DNA of 64,000 bases from Minisyncoccota bacterium (GTDB lineage Bacteria > Patescibacteriota > Minisyncoccia > Phycocordibacterales > UBA9973). Position numbers and translations under genes: made by a program. Location: the NCBI GenBank assembly GCA_036517375.1, contig DATDWM010000017.1, positions 3,208 to 67,207 of the forward strand. The letters are read 5' to 3'. The notes under the pieces are model-generated. The model was not told the DNA's origin, ran no database searches, and saw nothing but the letters and a program-made list of their open reading frames with translations. Every line of letters begins with the position of its first letter. The first letter of the stretch is position 1. Below, piece by piece: positions 59,393 to 64,000 of the stretch.

Positions 59393-61366
59393 GTGAAAAA
59401 ACTACAAAATAAGCAAGTTCGGCATGAAGGCGTAATTTCCGTCTCCGCTAAAGGCACGGGTTATGTGAAATTAGTAGACTTTAAAGAAGACCCAGAAATA
59501 GACTTCAAGCATCTAAATACTGCCCTACACGGGGATACGGTAGAAATTTTACTCCATCCTAAAGGCCCCAGCCGGCAAACAGCAGAGGTAACCAAAGTGG
59601 TGAATCGAGTAAAGATGAGCTTTGCCGGAGTCTTGGAATTAGAAAATAGCATTTTTTTCCTGAAGCCCGATGATACTAAAATGTATACCGATATCGTAGT
59701 CCCCAATCAAGCTCTAAATGGCGCCAAGGCGAATGATAAAGTTTTTGTAAAAATTGTATCTTGGAAAGACCCTCGTAAAGCCCCGGAAGGAGTGGTGGAG
59801 AAAGTTTTAGGCAAGCCAGGCGACAACAACGTCGAGATGGAGTCCATCGCGCTCGAGAAAGGATTCGCAGCTAAGCTCCCAACGAATGTAGAACAAGAAG
59901 CGGAAAATATAAAAAAACTTGGAATCAGGGATGGAGACTATCGGGATAGGCGCGACTTCCGAAAGACTCTTACCTTCACCATTGATCCGTCGGACGCCAA
60001 GGACTTCGACGACGCCATATCTTTCCAGATCCTCCCCTCATTAAATAAGGAGGGGGCAGGGGGTGGTCAGGAAATTTATGAAATAGGTATTCATATTGCG
60101 GATGTATCACACTATGTCAGTGTTGGTTCCGCGCTCGACACAGAAGCGCGTGAACGCGGCACTTCCGTATACCTTGTCGACCGTACTATCCCCATGCTTC
60201 CGGAAGTGCTATCGAATGACCTATGCTCTTTGGTTCCAAATAAAGACCGTCTAACAATGAGTGCCGTATTTGTGGTAGATAAAAATGCGCAAGTTTTAAG
60301 CGGGTGGTACGGACGGACAGTGATACATTCGGGGAAGCGCTTCACCTATGAAGAAGCCGAAGAATCAATTAAAAAAGCTCACGCACCCCTCCATAAAGAA
60401 CTCACGATTTTAAATAATTTAGCGAAAAAGTTAACCAAAGAGAGGTTCAATAGTGGAGCTATCTCCCTAGACCAAGAAGAGGTAAAATTCGTCCTTGATG
60501 AGAAAGGTACGCCCATCAAAGTTATTAAAAAAGAGCGCGGCGACTCTAATAGGCTGATTGAGGAATTCATGCTACTGGCGAATAAAAAAGTGGCAGAGGT
60601 TATTTCACCCAAAAATAAAAAAGGTAAAAAGGGAGAGGGAGCGGACGACACGGTCTCTATCTACAGGATCCACGATCTGCCAAGTAAAGAAAAAATGACA
60701 GACTTAGCGTTCTTCCTGCGGAGCCTGGGACACAAGATAACTCTCCATGACGGACTAATCCCAACGCATGAAATAAATAAATTACTGGCGAGCCTAGCGG
60801 GTAAGGATGAAAAAGATGCGGTGCATCGCGCCGTTATCCGCTCCATGGCTAAAGCCATATATTCTACGAAAAATATCGGACACTATGGTCTCTCTTTTGT
60901 TTATTACACTCACTTCACCTCCCCTATTAGGCGCTATCCAGACATTATGGTGCACCGGCTACTGATGGAACATCTGAAAGGAAAGCCCGTCAGTCGGAGT
61001 AAACTCCAAATATATGAAAACATGGCTCGCACAGCCTCCGACCAAGAAAAACGCGCTTCGGACGCCGAGCGCGCATCCATAAAATATAAACAAGTAGAAT
61101 ACATGAGTGCGCGTCTGGGGAAAGTTTTCTCCGGTGTTATAAGCGGAATAACCGAATGGGGGCTCTATGTGGAAGAGCTAGAAACAAAATGTGAAGGGCT
61201 GGTGCGAGTACGGGACCTCAATGATGATTTCTATGTCTTTAATGAAAAGAAGCTTGAGCTGGTGGGTCAAAAGAAGAAAAAGAGGTATCGCCTGGGTGAC
61301 CGTGTTAAAATAAAAGTTAAGGTGGTGGATTTGGAACGCAAAACAATTGACTATGTTTTAGTATGA
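59393..61366 (+). CDS. rnr: Ribonuclease R
   Basis: TIDPSDAKDFDDA, HFTSPIRRYPD, C-terminal S1 domain. Confidence 0.95.
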   Translation: MKKLQNKQVRHEGVISVSAKGTGYVKLVDFKEDPEIDFKHLNTALHGDTVEILLHPKGPSRQTAEVTKVVNRVKMSFAGVLELENSIFFLKPDDTKMYTDIVVPNQALNGAKANDKVFVKIVSWKDPRKAPEGVVEKVLGKPGDNNVEMESIALEKGFAAKLPTNVEQEAENIKKLGIRDGDYRDRRDFRKTLTFTIDPSDAKDFDDAISFQILPSLNKEGAGGGQEIYEIGIHIADVSHYVSVGSALDTEARERGTSVYLVDRTIPMLPEVLSNDLCSLVPNKDRLTMSAVFVVDKNAQVLSGWYGRTVIHSGKRFTYEEAEESIKKAHAPLHKELTILNNLAKKLTKERFNSGAISLDQEEVKFVLDEKGTPIKVIKKERGDSNRLIEEFMLLANKKVAEVISPKNKKGKKGEGADDTVSIYRIHDLPSKEKMTDLAFFLRSLGHKITLHDGLIPTHEINKLLASLAGKDEKDAVHRAVIRSMAKAIYSTKNIGHYGLSFVYYTHFTSPIRRYPDIMVHRLLMEHLKGKPVSRSKLQIYENMARTASDQEKRASDAERASIKYKQVEYMSARLGKVFSGVISGITEWGLYVEELETKCEGLVRVRDLNDDFYVFNEKKLELVGQKKKKRYRLGDRVKIKVKVVDLERKTIDYVLV

Positions 61367-63270
61367 GACTTTTAAATACAAAAGTAGGGTGGATTTTTCT
61401 AGCGGTTTTTTCTACAGCCGCTTTGACTTTTACCGTGTCCTTAGGATCCTCTGTTTTAAGAAATATCAGTTTCGGAGAAGTACCTCAAGCAGCTAATGCG
61501 AGCAACACTCAAGAGGTAGCGGAAGACACTACGCCAAAATACTTTTATTTCAACAAGGGCGGTGCCGTAGCTCCTAAAATAAGCGCAGATGCCTACCTAG
61601 TGGGTGATTTGGACACAGGTGAAATCATCATGGCTAAAAATCAGGACCAAGTATTCCCCATCGCTTCCGTTACTAAGCTCATGACAGCGCTTGTATCTCG
61701 CGAAATACATCCCTCGGATAATCTGGCCAAGGTAAGTAAAAGTGCACTCGCTACCTATGGGGGCAATGGGGGATTCCGTCTGGGAGAGCAAATAAAAACC
61801 AGCAGCCTCTTGTACCCTCTTCTCTTAGAATCGAGCAACGATGCCGCGGAAATACTGGCGGAATTTTCCGACAGAGATATTTTTATACAAAAGATGAACC
61901 AGCAAGCCCAAATTCTGGAGATGAACAATACTCGATACGAAGACCCGAGTGGACTCTCTCCTAATAACAAGTCTACTCCTTCCGACCTCTTTAAACTTGC
62001 AGGTTATTTAAAAAAAGTGAAGCAGGACATCCTCTTCATTACGACCAAGAGGAGTTTTACCTACAAAGAGCACAACTGGTCTAGCAGTAATCAATTCTTA
62101 AAAGAAGAGGGATACCTGGGTGGCAAAAGCGGCTACACGGATCCTGCCGGCCAAACAGTGATCTCTATGTTCTCTGTCCCCTTATCAGAGTCCGGAACTC
62201 GACCAGTAGGAATTGTGCTCCTCCGCAGTGAAGACCGTTACAAAGACGTAAAAAATATTCTGAAATTTCTAAAGAAAAATATTTATTACGGTGGAGTAGC
62301 GGATGCAAACACAGCTTGGGTCAAACAGAAGGACGGAATTCCAGAAATTAGAGATCCGGACTTCGTCACCCTTGCCCTTCTTGGAGACATTATGCTCGAC
62401 CGGGGTGTGAAAAATTCCGTGATAAAAAATCATGCAGGAGACTACGCCGCTCTCTTTGAAAAGCCTAAAGAAATGTCTGAAATACTTAAAAAGTCCGACA
62501 TCGTCTTTGCTAACTTAGAAGGCCCAGCCTCCGACAAGGGCAAGGACCTTGGAAATCTGTATTCCTTCCGGATGGATCCTTCGGTCCTACCAGCGCTCAA
62601 GGGTGCCGGTATAAGTGTGCTATCAGTGGCCAATAATCATGTGGGTGACTATGGATCAGAGGCATTCGTGGACACCCTGGCTCGCCTAAAGGAAAATGAA
62701 TTACTCTACACCGGCGGTGGCCTAAACAAAGCGGAGGCGGAAGAGCCGGTGGTAATTGAAAAATACGGCATGAAAATAGGCTTCCTGGCATTTTCCGACA
62801 AAGGACCCGAGTATCTACGCACTACCGCAGATAGCGCTGGAATATTATTAGCCAACAATCCCCGCTTTGACGAAATAATCCAAAATGCAAAAAGTGAGGT
62901 TGATTACCTGGTAGTCTCCTTCCATTTTGGTGAAGAATATAAAACTAAGCACGACGCTAGGCAGGAATACCTCGCCCATAAAGCCATCGACGCTGGAGCG
63001 AAAGTTGTAATAGGGGCGCATCCGCATGTCATTCAAGACACGGAAGTTTACAAGGACGGATTTATTGCATATTCTTTAGGCAACTTCATCTTCGACCAGC
63101 AATTTAGTAAAGACACCATGCAGGGTATGCTACTTGAGCTCAAATTAAATCGTGACGGTAGTATGTCCACAACTCAAAATATCATTAAACTAAATAAATC
63201 TTTCCAGCCGGAGACAATAGTGAAAGGTAAGGAAGAGAAAGTTAAATTTGGAGAGTTAAAAACTCAATAA
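61363..63270 (+). CDS. D-Ala-D-Ala carboxypeptidase (S11) fused to a CapA-family metallophosphatase-fold domain
   Basis: ASVTKLMT (SxxK), SSNDAA (SxN), KSG; then GDIMLDR, NLEG, ANNH, GAHPH, YSLGNF. Confidence 0.88.
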   Translation: MRLLNTKVGWIFLAVFSTAALTFTVSLGSSVLRNISFGEVPQAANASNTQEVAEDTTPKYFYFNKGGAVAPKISADAYLVGDLDTGEIIMAKNQDQVFPIASVTKLMTALVSREIHPSDNLAKVSKSALATYGGNGGFRLGEQIKTSSLLYPLLLESSNDAAEILAEFSDRDIFIQKMNQQAQILEMNNTRYEDPSGLSPNNKSTPSDLFKLAGYLKKVKQDILFITTKRSFTYKEHNWSSSNQFLKEEGYLGGKSGYTDPAGQTVISMFSVPLSESGTRPVGIVLLRSEDRYKDVKNILKFLKKNIYYGGVADANTAWVKQKDGIPEIRDPDFVTLALLGDIMLDRGVKNSVIKNHAGDYAALFEKPKEMSEILKKSDIVFANLEGPASDKGKDLGNLYSFRMDPSVLPALKGAGISVLSVANNHVGDYGSEAFVDTLARLKENELLYTGGGLNKAEAEEPVVIEKYGMKIGFLAFSDKGPEYLRTTADSAGILLANNPRFDEIIQNAKSEVDYLVVSFHFGEEYKTKHDARQEYLAHKAIDAGAKVVIGAHPHVIQDTEVYKDGFIAYSLGNFIFDQQFSKDTMQGMLLELKLNRDGSMSTTQNIIKLNKSFQPETIVKGKEEKVKFGELKTQ

Positions 63271-63284
63271 CTCTTTTTAGCAAT

Positions 63285-64000
63285 CTATTTTGCAATCTGG
63301 ACTGCTTCGTCGAACTTTACGGATAGAAGCTTGGACGCGCTGTCCGGGCCGATCGTTACACCATAGAGCATACCTGCGCGAGACATAGTCTCGCGATTGT
63401 GAGTGACCACTATGAGCTGTGAGTGTTTAGATAATTTTTCGAGCATATCACCGTATTTCCTGGAATTAGATTCATCAAGCGCCGCGTCCGTCTCGTCTAA
63501 AACTAGAAAAGGTGGAGGATTTACCTGAGACATAGCAAAGAGGAGCGCGATAGAAGTAAGCGAGCGCTCACCTCCGGAAAGAGCTTGAAGTTCTTTTACT
63601 TTTTTATGCGGCAGTGAAATATCTATCTCTATACCCTGCTCTCTAACACCTTCTTCTTCCTCTATAGGTATTTCTACACCGTTTTCGTCCTCCATTATTT
63701 CTTTCTTCTTCTTTTTATTTTCCACTACTACAGAAAGTGAAGCTGATCCTCCTCCGAACATAAGTGTGAAAAATTCTTTAAATTCAACATTTATTTTCTT
63801 GATCCCCTCTTTGAATTCAACATCAATCTTATCTTTTAGGTCTAGCATTATCTTCTCCAAGGACTTCATACTCTCTGCCAGGTCCAAAACTTCCTTGGCT
63901 AGGAATTGGTCCCGCTCAGAAACTTCTTGGAATTCTTTCATTATTTCCGCCCCGCTTCCGAGCCCGGCGTCCTCGAGCTTTATCTTAATGCGTTCTATCT
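63285..64000 (-). CDS. smc: Chromosome segregation SMC ATPase, C-terminal part (5' end outside window)
   Basis: LSGGERSL signature, VLDETDAALD Walker B, VVTH. Confidence 0.92.
   Translation of the reverse strand, partial: IERIKIKLEDAGLGSGAEIMKEFQEVSERDQFLAKEVLDLAESMKSLEKIMLDLKDKIDVEFKEGIKKINVEFKEFFTLMFGGGSASLSVVVENKKKKKEIMEDENGVEIPIEEEEGVREQGIEIDISLPHKKVKELQALSGGERSLTSIALLFAMSQVNPPPFLVLDETDAALDESNSRKYGDMLEKLSKHSQLIVVTHNRETMSRAGMLYGVTIGPDSASKLLSVKFDEAVQIAK

Noticed and set aside
1-64000. Alternative genetic code (UGA=Gly, as in Gracilibacteria/Absconditabacteria)
   Set aside because: Long conserved genes (rpoB, rpoC, dnaG) translate full-length under code 11, and rnr ends at TGA.

Overview
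Chromosomal segment of a small-genome bacterium, most consistent with Patescibacteria/CPR (Parcubacteria-like) using genetic code 11. This placement is inferred from gene content, compact intergenics and frequent leaderless starts. Housekeeping blocks: lepB-hisS-def-fmt, hpf, a glycogen/alpha-glucan cluster, speA-like, tgt, mreBC, proS, rpsB-tsf, rpoB-rpoC-dnaG-rpoD, rpsP-khpA-trmD, rnr, smc, three tRNAs (Asn, Ala, Thr) and RNase P RNA. Main observations: (1) An AT-rich island integrated at the 3' end of tRNA-Asn. Its large serine recombinase takes its stop codon from the tRNA antisense strand. Three homologous att-like sites (19378, 20488, 21203) each encode an alternative recombinase C-terminal tail and delimit small gene cassettes, like an integron array. 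(2) Inside the island, a split Avs3-like nuclease-STAND defence system sits next to a lone small terminase gene and two structured non-coding leaders. (3) A diversity-generating retroelement (DGR) target gene with VR, hairpin and a 33-nt TR remnant showing adenine-specific differences, but no reverse transcriptase in the window. (4) Palindromic repeats inserted in-frame into essential genes: the same 34-nt core in fmt and tgt read on opposite strands, plus other inserts in def, rnr and RNase P RNA. All calls come from reading the sequence and motif recall; no database searches were run.
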